A stretch of DNA of 63,942 nucleotides, filler included, from Choristocarpus tenellus KU-1152 (lineage: Eukaryota > Protista > Phaeophyceae), in the NCBI GenBank assembly GCA_964200185.2. It is 10 parts of 10 records of this genome, joined end to end, with 100 filler letters (N's around TTAATTAATTAA, not from the genome) between each part and the next. Parts side by side here need not be neighbours in the genome. Positions count along the whole stretch, not along the records: positions 61,238 to 63,942 come from CAXNAD020025464.1; 9 more parts are not named here. One strand, written 5' to 3'. The notes beneath the pieces were generated by a model. The model saw only the letters and a program-made list of their open reading frames with translations. It was not told the DNA's origin and searched no databases. Both the position numbers and the translations under genes were made by a program. Within the stretch, counting starts at the first letter, position 1. Each line of letters starts with the position of its first letter. Below, in pieces: positions 63,875 through 63,942 of this stretch.

Positions 63875-63942
63875 GTGAGAGAGTTGTCGACATTGGTGGG
63901 ATGGTCGCGCTCTACTCCTCCTCTAGTTGGGTTACAGCTGTT

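Overview
Eukaryotic nuclear DNA, not one locus: ten short contigs (1-7065, 7166-11465, 11566-24721, 24822-28783, 28884-41441, 41542-46682, 46783-50210, 50311-58411, 58512-61137, 61238-63942) joined by artificial N44-TTAATTAATTAA-N44 linkers, so adjacency across linkers means nothing. Intron-rich genes, a flagellar IFT74, TTAGGG-type repeats, a bipartite-looking plastid presequence and the repeat landscape suggest an ochrophyte, probably a brown alga or close relative (inference). Most entries in the ORF track are spurious. Manual splicing with consistent intron phases gives: a Csm1/Pcs1 (monopolin)-like gene, COX19, an intronless PPR gene, TSG101/Vps23, an XRN exoribonuclease with a long N-terminal presequence, a CCDC81-like gene, IFT74, a myristoylated EF-hand protein, an iodothyronine-deiodinase-like protein with Cys at the Sec position, MMTAG2, GEP4-type PGP phosphatase and an intron-containing ParB/Srx-domain gene. 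Repeats include at least 14 full or partial copies of ~255-bp GAG...CTC MITEs, two Copia relics, RTE and RLE-type LINE 3' ends, and a tandem ~1.1-kb TIR element. Best leads: the deiodinase-like gene, the possibly plastid-targeted XRN, the ParB-like gene and a shugoshin-like motif on the Csm1-like protein. All family assignments are motif recognition by eye; no database search was run.
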